From: a virus
Direction: 5' to 3' (one strand)
Length of the DNA: 41,172 nucleotides
Virus record (IMG/VR): IMGVR_UViG_3300042934_000521
Location: 1-41,172 of that record
Shown here: positions 1-6,838 of the stretch, one piece after another
Position numbering within the stretch: the stretch's first letter is position 1
Layout of the letters: the number at the start of each line of letters is the position of its first letter
Position numbers and translations under genes: made by a program
Notes under the pieces: generated by a model
Seen by the model: the letters and a program-made list of their open reading frames with translations, nothing else
What the model was told of the DNA's origin: nothing
The model's database searches: none

Positions 1-127
1 ATCGTCGACCGTGCCGCACTGGACGCATTGCGTCCAACGCTGAACATCGCACACCGAGGCTTCGCCTACCGGCTCGTCTCCGAGAACTCGGTGATGTACT
101 GGGATGGGGAGTCCTTCTACCCGTTCG
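1..127. repeat. Terminal direct repeat copy 1, identical to 41046-41172 (circular assembly overlap)
   Basis: Base-by-base comparison of both window ends gives 127/127 identical. Confidence 0.95.
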
Positions 128-861
128 TGAATGCCTTTGGCGCCGAGGGGCCGCAGGGTCCCGCGACGTCGATTTCGGTCGGAACGGTGACGACTCTCGC
201 GCAGGGCGCATCTGCCACGGCAGAAGTGTCGGGCGCCGCACCGAATCAGGTTCTCAATCTGGGGATTCCTCGCGGCGGACCGGGGGTGAAGGGCGACCCT
301 GGTGGCCCCGGCCCGATCCGGACGGCGCCAGACTATGACGACACGGTCGCGCCGGTTCAGGACTCTGTACCGGCTTGGGATGCGGCGACGTCGAAGTGGC
401 GGCCTATGCCGTATCCGGCGTGGCGCGGTCCATGGACGATCGGCGAATCGGCGTTTTCGGCCGCGTCCAACTCGTCGGCAGCCTCGGTCACGGTGGCGAC
501 TATTTCGATCCCCGCACAACCTTTCGCGTGGCGACCATTCATCACCGGTGGAGTGCAGGGTTATCCCAACGGCAACGACGTCACTCAGCGAATCGATGCG
601 GAGGTCCGCGTCGGATCGGCAACCGGACAGGTCGTGGCAGTCGGCCGCGGCATCGCATTGCGAATGTCCACCGAATGCAACATCCGGCCCTATTTCGGCA
701 CGGCATCGCAGACTCCCAGTTCCACCACCGGTGTCATCGCGGCCAATGCCACAACCACGTTCTACGTCGTACTAGTGCGCCAAGGCAGCACGTCGACGTG
801 GAGCTACTTCAACAACCTGGCAGGCCTGAGCGTGTGGGCCATGCCGGTCTACGCACCATAA
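1..861 (+). CDS. Minor tail protein, C-terminal portion; same ORF as 40857..41172 across the circular junction (full product ~349 aa)
   Basis: Frame 1 is open from base 1 to TAA 859-861. Collagen-like Gly tracts are present (GAEGPQGPA, GGPGVKGDPGGPGP). The C-terminal half is paralogous to 39795..40847 (PFAWRPF vs PFPWQPF; NIRP in both). Confidence 0.8.
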   Translation: MVDRAALDALRPTLNIAHRGFAYRLVSENSVMYWDGESFYPFVNAFGAEGPQGPATSISVGTVTTLAQGASATAEVSGAAPNQVLNLGIPRGGPGVKGDPGGPGPIRTAPDYDDTVAPVQDSVPAWDAATSKWRPMPYPAWRGPWTIGESAFSAASNSSAASVTVATISIPAQPFAWRPFITGGVQGYPNGNDVTQRIDAEVRVGSATGQVVAVGRGIALRMSTECNIRPYFGTASQTPSSTTGVIAANATTTFYVVLVRQGSTSTWSYFNNLAGLSVWAMPVYAP

Positions 862-871
862 GGAGATTCAC

Positions 872-1609
872 GTGGCTCAATACAAGGCAGACGTCGATAT
901 CTACACATCGAACGATTCAGGTCCGCGCAATACGAACGCGCTGAAGTGGATCATCTTCCACACCACCGAAAACAGCGGCAACACGACCGCCCAGGACGTG
1001 GCCCGATATCAGCAGAACCCATCCGCCGGCGGCTCGTACAACGTGCTGACCGACAAGTTCGGCACCTCGGTCCGATCGAACGACGACAACTACGTCCCAT
1101 GGGCGGCCGGCTCGAATGCCGCCAACATCGGCGGACTGCACATCTCGGTTGTCGGCCAGGCCGCACAATCCCGAGAGGTATGGCTTCGCGATTACGACAA
1201 AGCGCTGCGCAAGTCCGCGGAGGTCGTCGCGAAGTGGTCGAAGGACTACGACATCCCACTCGTTCGGCGCTCATCCGCCGACCTGAAGGCGGGTGTCAAG
1301 GGCATTGCGGGGCACAACGAGTGCTCACAAGCCTTCGGCGGCTCTGACCATTGGGACCCCGGAACCGGGTTCCCCTACGACGTAGTCATCGGCTACGCGC
1401 AAACAATTCTCAACCCCACCAACCCGTCAACTCCAGGAGGCACCATGTCGTACGAACAGGACACCAACGCGCAGCTCACCGGATCTCCCGAACTGGGCAA
1501 GTACCCCGGCTGGCCGCAGCTCGGCAACCGCACCGTCGTCGATGCCCTCGGTGCCATCGGCGCCAAGCTGGGAATCGCCGGGTTCGTCGACAAGAAGGCG
1601 GGCCAGTAA
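872..1609 (+). CDS. lysA: Endolysin (lysin A): N-acetylmuramoyl-L-alanine amidase (amidase_2/PGRP type) with a C-terminal wall-binding tail
   Basis: GTG start lies 6 nt after AAGGAG (860-865). Motifs IIFHTTEN and GHNECS..GGSDHWDPG are present. C-terminal QLTGSPELGKYPGWPQLG resembles actinophage LysA C-termini. Confidence 0.85.
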   Translation: MAQYKADVDIYTSNDSGPRNTNALKWIIFHTTENSGNTTAQDVARYQQNPSAGGSYNVLTDKFGTSVRSNDDNYVPWAAGSNAANIGGLHISVVGQAAQSREVWLRDYDKALRKSAEVVAKWSKDYDIPLVRRSSADLKAGVKGIAGHNECSQAFGGSDHWDPGTGFPYDVVIGYAQTILNPTNPSTPGGTMSYEQDTNAQLTGSPELGKYPGWPQLGNRTVVDALGAIGAKLGIAGFVDKKAGQ

Positions 1610-1902
1610 TGACGAACCCGAATCTCGACATCCTCGGAAACATCCTCCGTGAGAAGGTCGCCGACCAACCGCTCGTGAAGCGTTACGCGAATACCGTCAC
1701 GTCGGCCGTGGGTCTGCTCGTGGCGGTGGTGTGGACGCTGATCTCGGCTGGCGTTGACCTTCCGTCGCAAGTGACGACGGGAGTCCTTCTGCTCGTCAGC
1801 GTCTTCACTGTGGTGGGCATCAAACTCACTCCGAATGGCGTCACCGAGAAGCAGGTGGTCGAGATCGAAGAGTACGTCGGCCGACACCGCTCGGATAGCT
1901 GA
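1609..1902 (+). CDS. Holin-like membrane protein (97 aa, 2 predicted TM helices)
   Basis: ATG overlaps the lysA stop (TAATG 1607-1611). Hydrophobic helices AVGLLVAVVWTLISAGV and GVLLLVSVFTVVGI. Lies directly after the endolysin. Confidence 0.6.
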   Translation: MTNPNLDILGNILREKVADQPLVKRYANTVTSAVGLLVAVVWTLISAGVDLPSQVTTGVLLLVSVFTVVGIKLTPNGVTEKQVVEIEEYVGRHRSDS

Positions 1903-1903
1903 C

Positions 1904-2308
1904 ATGCCGCGCCCTGTCTTCGCAGCGATCGCTGAGCGGTCGTTGCGTACAGGTGCGTACGCGGTGGTTACGGTGTCCGGAATCGCTTCGATCCTCTGGA
2001 CGCCGCGGACCATTGCCGACGTGCTCGGAGCGGGCACAGCCACAGTGTGGGGAGTATTCCTGCTCTTGGGTGGCGCGCTCTGTATGTTCGCATCGGTCAC
2101 CGAGCGTTACTTGATTGAGCACCCGGCAATCCTGCTCGTAGTGGCCGGATTGTGCCTCTATCTCGTCGCGCTGTGGGAGATAACCCTCGACGGTGAGCTA
2201 TCGCGCCTGACTCAGACGGCCGTCATTACGGCGTACGCACTGCATCTTCTCGCCAGGCATGTGCAGTTGCGCAGACTAGCGGGGGCTCTGACACCGAAGG
2301 GCGGGTAA
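1904..2308 (+). CDS. Membrane protein (~134 aa, ~4 TM), second holin-like gene of the lysis cassette
   Basis: First ATG (1904) lies 1 nt after the upstream TGA, trimmed from track ORF 1835..2308. Contains multiple hydrophobic spans. Confidence 0.55.
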   Translation: MPRPVFAAIAERSLRTGAYAVVTVSGIASILWTPRTIADVLGAGTATVWGVFLLLGGALCMFASVTERYLIEHPAILLVVAGLCLYLVALWEITLDGELSRLTQTAVITAYALHLLARHVQLRRLAGALTPKGG

Positions 2309-2641
2309 ATGTTCGGCTTCACCGCCACGGAAATAGCCCTTCTTGTAACAGCTTTCGGTGGTGGAACCACTCTCCAGGCGGCACTTGCCGCGCTCAAGGC
2401 TCGGCGCCTGGGGGCGCGGTCACGCGAAGAGACTCAAAACACTGCCGTTGTCGCCGAACTTGCCCGCATACGTGAGAGCGAAAACGAGGCATGGCAGCGT
2501 GCCGACGACATGGAAGACCGCTACGACCGAATGACGTCGAGTCGCAATGCGTGGCGTGAGCGCTCGCACAAACAGGACATCTACCACGCCCGTCACTGTC
2601 GCACCGAGACGGACGAATACCCTGCCGCCCCGGCTGAATAG
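2309..2641 (+). CDS. Lysis-cassette accessory protein with an N-terminal TM anchor and a charged C-terminus (110 aa)
   Basis: TAAATG junction with the upstream gene. N-terminal FGFTATEIALLVTAFGGGTTLQAALAAL is followed by an Arg/Glu-rich region. Confidence 0.45.
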   Translation: MFGFTATEIALLVTAFGGGTTLQAALAALKARRLGARSREETQNTAVVAELARIRESENEAWQRADDMEDRYDRMTSSRNAWRERSHKQDIYHARHCRTETDEYPAAPAE

Positions 2642-2650
2642 GAGTAATCG

Positions 2651-4213
2651 ATGGCCACATTGCAGCCTGCAAAGTACGGCAAGGTGGTAGGGCGACTATT
2701 GGCAGTCGTCGCAGACGGACCCGACGAGGACGAATATCCAATCTCGGGCGGATTCCCGGATGCCGTACCAGTGCAAGGCACTGTCACGTTCACGCCACGT
2801 GCGACACAGATCCTTGTGCCCCTGGCTACACCTGCGCCGGTGACCGCCTTTCCGACTCCGATCACAGTTCAGTTGGACCAGAACGGATTTCTGACCCACA
2901 ACGGCAAGAAGGGCGTGTTCCTTCTCTGCCCCTCGGAGACGACGAATCCGCCGGCATTCACCTACTCGGTGAGCTACAACCTCACCCTCGATGGCACAGT
3001 TGTCAGTTCGACGAAGTTCGACCTGGAGATGGTCGAATACGTCCCGGGCCCGAACCCCTCTGACCCTGACGCCGGATCCACTGCGGTCGACCTGACCCTC
3101 GTCACGCCGGTCTACCCGACGCCGGGAACGCCGGTCGTACGCGGACCCAAGGGCGACAGTTGGCTGGACGTCCGCCTCTCCAGCGACGGTCTCGCGCTGG
3201 TGTTCCAGCTGCAGACCGAGACTGCCATCGTCGACGACGTCGTCACGATCCCAGCGCTCGCAGACCTCAGTGCAGCAGTCGATGCGTCGGAGGACGCGCG
3301 CGACGCAGCTGGAGGATTCGCAAGTCTTGCTTCGGGTCACGCGTCCGATGCCGAGGACTTCAAAGATGCAGCGGGCGGTTCGGCGGGTGCTGCAGCATTG
3401 TCTGCGGCAGCGGCTCACGGCTCGGAAGTAGCGGCGCTCGGTCACGAAGAACAGGCTGAATACTGGGCGGGCCAAGCCGAAGACGCAGTGGCCGGGGGAG
3501 TGCCTGACGCTACGACCGCCACCAAGGGAAAGCTCAAACTCGCGGGCGATCTCGGCGGGACCGCAGACTTGCCAACCGTTCCAGGCTTGGCAGACAAGTC
3601 GAATGTCGGTCACACACACGCGATCGCCGACGTCTCCGGACTTAGTGGGGCACTTTCGGGTAAGTCTCCTACGGGTCACACTCATGTCGCAGCGGACATC
3701 TCGGATTCGACGACAGTCGGACGAAACGTCGTCAGAGCCGCCGATGCCGCTGCAGCGCGCGCGGCCATCGGAGCGGGCACCTCGAGCCTGACACTCGGAA
3801 CGACCGGGTCCACTGCAGCTGCGGGCAATGATTCACGTCTCGCGGATACTCGGACGCCGACGGCGGGGACGTCTCCGTATGACATCACATACCTGGCGCA
3901 GTCGGGCATCCGTGCGACAGGCCTCGGCGAGGTGCCCGCAGGAATCAAATTGCGACGCGCGGTCACGTTCTCGGAAGTCCTCTTCCATTGCGAGACCGCG
4001 GATGCCTCAGGAAACCTTGTGGCCGAGATCCGAAAAAACGGTGCCACGGTTGCAGGATCATCGACCACGATTGCTGCAGCGAACCAAGTTGCTGGTGGTA
4101 CGTCGACCGGCACGTGGGCATTCGCAGCTGGAGACTTCCTGACCATCTTCGTCACCGGCGTCGGAACCACGCCAGGCAAGGGTTTGACGGCCGAGCTGAA
4201 GGGGCTTGCGTAA
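2651..4213 (+). CDS. Tail-fibre-like minor tail protein (520 aa) located downstream of the lysis cassette
   Basis: AGGAG lies 6 nt upstream of the ATG. Two GHTH (HxH) motifs are present (SNVGHTHAIADVSG, SPTGHTHVAADISD). Ala/Gly-rich central stalk and a beta-rich C-terminal domain. Confidence 0.65.
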   Translation: MATLQPAKYGKVVGRLLAVVADGPDEDEYPISGGFPDAVPVQGTVTFTPRATQILVPLATPAPVTAFPTPITVQLDQNGFLTHNGKKGVFLLCPSETTNPPAFTYSVSYNLTLDGTVVSSTKFDLEMVEYVPGPNPSDPDAGSTAVDLTLVTPVYPTPGTPVVRGPKGDSWLDVRLSSDGLALVFQLQTETAIVDDVVTIPALADLSAAVDASEDARDAAGGFASLASGHASDAEDFKDAAGGSAGAAALSAAAAHGSEVAALGHEEQAEYWAGQAEDAVAGGVPDATTATKGKLKLAGDLGGTADLPTVPGLADKSNVGHTHAIADVSGLSGALSGKSPTGHTHVAADISDSTTVGRNVVRAADAAAARAAIGAGTSSLTLGTTGSTAAAGNDSRLADTRTPTAGTSPYDITYLAQSGIRATGLGEVPAGIKLRRAVTFSEVLFHCETADASGNLVAEIRKNGATVAGSSTTIAAANQVAGGTSTGTWAFAAGDFLTIFVTGVGTTPGKGLTAELKGLA

Positions 4214-4632
4214 TGCCCCACATATTCGTTCGCGCCGGTAGCCGTTTCAGCCAAGTTGGGATGACGAAGAACGGCGACCAGCAGTTAGCGTCAGGCAGCA
4301 CATGGGTGCCGATCGCTGCGTGGACTGCGGACGGCAGCTCGACCGTCATTGGCAATGCCCTCCAAGTCAAGGGCTCTGGCACTGCCACGATCGAGGTCGG
4401 TTCCGCCTGGACAGTTCTCGGAACGGCGAACAAGGACTGGCGCGTGCTCAAGAACGGCGTCGTCGTGTGGACGAAGGGTGCGTCGACCGGTCAGACGTTC
4501 TCGCATTCGTTCTCCCTTGCCGTCGTGGACGGAGACCTTCTCACCTGCGAGGGTTGGAACAACTCTGGTGTCGCCGACAACCGAACCGTCGCTTCGGGTG
4601 CCGGAACCTACCTGCGCGTTATCCCTGCGTGA
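4213..4632 (+). CDS. Hypothetical beta-rich protein (139 aa) coupled to the tail-fibre-like gene
   Basis: TAATG overlap at 4211-4215. Internal start of track ORF 3988..4632. High GC3. Confidence 0.55.
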   Translation: MPHIFVRAGSRFSQVGMTKNGDQQLASGSTWVPIAAWTADGSSTVIGNALQVKGSGTATIEVGSAWTVLGTANKDWRVLKNGVVVWTKGASTGQTFSHSFSLAVVDGDLLTCEGWNNSGVADNRTVASGAGTYLRVIPA

Positions 4633-4643
4633 TTGGATGCAAC

Positions 4644-4680
4644 AAAGCCCCCCAGCCGCAATGGCTGGGGGGCTTTTGTC
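4644..4680. terminator. Bidirectional intrinsic terminator between convergent genes
   Basis: GCCCCCCAGCC (4647-4657) pairs with GGCTGGGGGGC (4663-4673), loop gcaat. It is flanked by AAA upstream and TTTTG downstream. Confidence 0.85.
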
Positions 4681-4681
4681 G

Positions 4682-4957
4682 TTACGGCAGTTCTCGCGGC
4701 TCGAACTGTCCGTACATCCCGGACGGTCGACCTTCGAGGTAGTCCCGGTTCTGCCCGTCCGCCCGGTCTGCGATCACCTTCGCGGCTGCCCGATTAGATG
4801 CTCGCCGCCTGGCAGCCAGTCCGTAGGCTGCGCCTGCGCCGACGGCAATCCAGACGAGAGCACCGATCCACAGGGTCGATATGAGGCATCCGAACAATCC
4901 GATAGCACTCACTCCGAGCGCTGCCCAGTACAGCCATCCAGTGATCCGATTACGCAT
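4682..4957 (-). CDS. Small membrane protein (91 aa, 2 TM plus charged tail)
   Basis: Track ORF. WLYWAALGVSAIGLFGCLISTLWIGALVWIAVGAGAAYGL. Its start overlaps the upstream sORF stop (ATGCGTAA). Confidence 0.6.
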   Translation of the reverse strand: MRNRITGWLYWAALGVSAIGLFGCLISTLWIGALVWIAVGAGAAYGLAARRRASNRAAAKVIADRADGQNRDYLEGRPSGMYGQFEPRELP

Positions 4958-5096
4958 GTCGGAACCTCAACCGGTTCTGAGCCTGGTAGGCCACGATTCC
5001 GCCCCAGACGATCCAGAGTGGCCACGGGGCGGACAGGATCGCCAGGACTGCGCCTGTACTGATTGTTCCCAGGATGTCGTAGTTTCGCTTGAGCAT
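4950..5096 (-). CDS. Unlisted small membrane protein (48 aa): MLKRNYDILGTISTGAVLAILSAPWPLWIVWGGIVAYQAQNRLRFRHA
   Basis: Hand translation of the minus strand. AAGGAG lies 7 nt upstream of the ATG (5096). 8-nt overlap with the next gene. Below the 60-aa track cutoff. Confidence 0.6.
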   Translation of the reverse strand: MLKRNYDILGTISTGAVLAILSAPWPLWIVWGGIVAYQAQNRLRFRHA

Positions 5097-5140
5097 CGCA
5101 TTCTCCTTGCCGTCTTGTCGTTAATGATGGACCCTTGAGG

Positions 5141-5171
5141 GGGACCGGGGTGACTCCTTCACCCCGGTCCC
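5141..5171 (-). terminator. 13-bp perfect hairpin between two minus-strand sORFs (U-tract-less terminator/attenuator candidate)
   Basis: GGGACCGGGGTGA (5141-5153) pairs with TCACCCCGGTCCC (5159-5171), loop ctcct. No T-tract on either strand. Confidence 0.5.
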
Positions 5172-5179
5172 GTCTCAGG

Positions 5180-5299
5180 TCAGCGTTTCCGCTTCCGGTG
5201 TTTGCCTTGCTTCCTCGGCTCCCGATTCTGGATTGTCATCCAGATGTTCGTGATCAGTGTTGCAATCGCGACGATCAGGGCGATTCGGCTTTCGGTCAT
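5180..5299 (-). CDS. Unlisted 39-aa hydrophobic peptide with a poly-basic tail: MTESRIALIVAIATLITNIWMTIQNREPRKQGKHRKRKR
   Basis: Hand translation. GAGGAGG lies 7 nt upstream of the ATG (5299). One TM helix plus a KR-rich C-terminus. A hairpin follows immediately. Confidence 0.6.
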   Translation of the reverse strand: MTESRIALIVAIATLITNIWMTIQNREPRKQGKHRKRKR

Positions 5300-5330
5300 T
5301 CACTCACCTCCTCTCTGCTGTTGTTCCATA

Positions 5331-5359
5331 ACTGTAGCACCCTTAAGGGTGGTCCACAA
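5331..5359 (-). promoter_or_regulatory. Promoter of the membrane-peptide operon, with a palindromic operator in the spacer
   Basis: Minus strand reads TTGTGG - 17 nt - TGcTACAGT (extended -10). The spacer contains the perfect 12-bp palindrome ACCCTTAAGGGT (5339-5350). Confidence 0.55.
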
Positions 5360-5395
5360 GTCGTGAAAGATGTTTGTTTCTCGATTCGGAAAGAC

Positions 5396-5424
5396 TTCTT
5401 GACCATCTTTAAGGATGCTAGAAT
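5396..5424 (+). promoter_or_regulatory. Promoter of the 54-aa HTH gene, with a related palindrome in the spacer
   Basis: TTCTTG - 17 nt - TGcTAGAAT (extended -10 at 5416-5424). The spacer holds ATCTTTAAGGAT (5405-5416, 10/12 palindromic). Confidence 0.6.
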
Positions 5425-5451
5425 GAGGGGTACCCGAACCAAGGAGAGACC

Positions 5452-5616
5452 GTGATCCGCTTCATGTCGCGCGGCGAAATCGCCGACTACCTCGGCGTCA
5501 CCCTCGCCACCGTCAAGCAGTACAAGACGTTCCCACCGCCCGACGCGATGATCGGCCGCAACCAAGGCTGGACAAAAGAAACCGTCGACGAGTGGGTCAA
5601 GTCCCGCAAGACGTGA
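5452..5616 (+). CDS. Unlisted excisionase/AlpA/MerR-family HTH DNA-binding protein (54 aa)
   Basis: GTG 5452 lies 5 nt after AAGGAG (alternative ATG 5464). SRGEIADYLGVTLATVKQYK...GWTKETVDEWV matches the Xis-type HTH pattern. Below the track cutoff. Confidence 0.65.
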   Translation: MIRFMSRGEIADYLGVTLATVKQYKTFPPPDAMIGRNQGWTKETVDEWVKSRKT

Positions 5617-5626
5617 AATCAACGAA

Positions 5627-5661
5627 AACGCCCCCACCTCACAGTGGGGGCGTTCTTTGTT
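5627..5661. terminator. Bidirectional intrinsic terminator
   Basis: AACGCCCCCAC (5627-5637) pairs with GTGGGGGCGTT (5644-5654). An A-run lies upstream and TTCTTTGTT downstream. It sits between convergent genes. Confidence 0.8.
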
Positions 5662-5665
5662 CGGC

Positions 5666-6277
5666 TCAGTTGGTCGTGATGTTCACGACGCACTGATCGA
5701 CCGCCTGCACTCGCGCGTCGCCAGCGGAGATCTTCAAGGGTGCATCGCTGGCCTTGGTCCAGATCGTCCCGTTGCGGGCGCCGCCAGAAGACGCGTACAC
5801 AAGGTTGTCCTTCACGACCCAAACGTCGGATCGATTCTTGACTTTGCCGGTGCCGTCGACTGTCGTCGCGCCGTAGAACGTCAAGTTGCCATCGTTGATC
5901 ACCGTTCCATTGGTCAACTCATAGCCGTCTGTCGAGAGGCCTGAACTCACCAGGAATGTCAGCTCGTCACTTGCGGGGGCGCATCGCGGGTCGGAAGTCT
6001 TCGCCGCGGCCGCGGCGGGTGTCGACGGCTTGGGGGTAGTCGGCGGAACTGTCGAGGTCGGCATAGGCGCCACCGTCGTAGTTGTTGTCGCGACAGCAGT
6101 GGTTGTTGAACTCGGCGCCGCGCTAGCGCTAGCCACGGCCTTGGTCGGTTCATCCTTCTTGTCTTCGCCGAAGATGGCGCCGATTGCAATCAGAGCGACG
6201 AGAACGGCAACAGTAGCGCCAAGGATTAGCTGCCACTTGGGACGTTTCTTCTCTTTGGGGTCGATCGGTTCAGTCAT
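5666..6277 (-). CDS. Membrane-anchored protein with a Pro/Thr/Ser-rich linker and a ~110-aa extracytoplasmic domain (203 aa)
   Basis: Track ORF. Has N-terminal KKRPKW, TM helix LILGATVAVLVALIAIGAIF, then a PT-rich linker. The C-domain carries two Cys. Confidence 0.7.
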   Translation of the reverse strand: MTEPIDPKEKKRPKWQLILGATVAVLVALIAIGAIFGEDKKDEPTKAVASASAAPSSTTTAVATTTTTVAPMPTSTVPPTTPKPSTPAAAAAKTSDPRCAPASDELTFLVSSGLSTDGYELTNGTVINDGNLTFYGATTVDGTGKVKNRSDVWVVKDNLVYASSGGARNGTIWTKASDAPLKISAGDARVQAVDQCVVNITTN

Positions 6278-6290
6278 GGTGGTATCAAAC

Positions 6291-6336
6291 CAGACCGGTC
6301 TGTCGCATTGATCGGAACCATGGCGAGATGTGTCAA
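6291..6336 (-). promoter_or_regulatory. Autonomous promoter for 5666..6277, with a palindrome at the predicted +1
   Basis: Minus strand reads TTGACA (6336-6331) - 18 nt - ATCAAT (6312-6307). The perfect 12-bp palindrome CAGACCGGTCTG lies at 6291-6302. Confidence 0.5.
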
Positions 6337-6376
6337 CGAGGGACAGAAGACGTGCCCGAGGTGAAGGCTTGCCTGC

Positions 6377-6832
6377 TCACGTGTTTCTCTTCGTTGAGGG
6401 CCAGATCTCATGTTTCGGATCCCACCATAGGGCGTAGAAATCAGGCCCGCCATCGGGAAGGAACCCGTAGAGCCGACGTTCACCCGAGATTCTTAGTCGA
6501 GCAATTTCTGTTGCATCGTCGAGATCTATTTCCACCAGCCGGTCCCGGGCTGACTTGTTTGGCAGTTTGGCTACCGGGTATTTTTTGCCCTCCTCACTTC
6601 CGGGGGCAAACAGATCTGAGCACTGCATTGTCTCGAGGGATGAAATGCGAGCGAGCAAATCCTGAAGGTGTGCAGCCGTAATTTCGCTCAGACACCAGGG
6701 GCCCTTTACGTCGAGCCGTCCCAGGCGGATACGAAGTAACCCTTCGCCAACGACCGGCCGGAAGTCCTTCGGGGGAGCGATGTACTTCGGAATCGCCGAA
6801 GCAGGTTTCTGCTTCGGAATTTTACGGCCCAC
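6377..6832 (-). CDS. Unknown 151-aa protein, candidate toxin partner of the upstream Panacea-domain gene
   Basis: GTG start lies 6 nt after the upstream TAG. No family was recognised. The C-terminus RLRISGERRLYGFLPDGGPDFYALWWDPKHEIWP loosely resembles RelE/ParE/Gp49-type cores. Confidence 0.6.
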   Translation of the reverse strand: MGRKIPKQKPASAIPKYIAPPKDFRPVVGEGLLRIRLGRLDVKGPWCLSEITAAHLQDLLARISSLETMQCSDLFAPGSEEGKKYPVAKLPNKSARDRLVEIDLDDATEIARLRISGERRLYGFLPDGGPDFYALWWDPKHEIWPSTKRNT

Positions 6833-6838
6833 TGCCGC

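Noticed and set aside
1393-2100. 235-aa minus-strand ORF across the holin region
   Set aside because: It is antisense to three coupled plus-strand lysis genes. It has shadow-ORF composition and no start context.
872-2641. Absence of an obvious lysin B (mycolylarabinogalactan esterase) next to lysin A as a clue to host
   Set aside because: Absence cannot be established by eye. A divergent esterase could hide among the hypothetical ORFs, and a profile search is needed before drawing any conclusion.
2696-3685. 329-aa minus-strand ORF antisense to the tail-fibre-like gene
   Set aside because: The product is Arg/Cys-rich and low-complexity, typical of a GC shadow ORF. It lies fully inside a plus-strand gene with strong codon bias and has no RBS.
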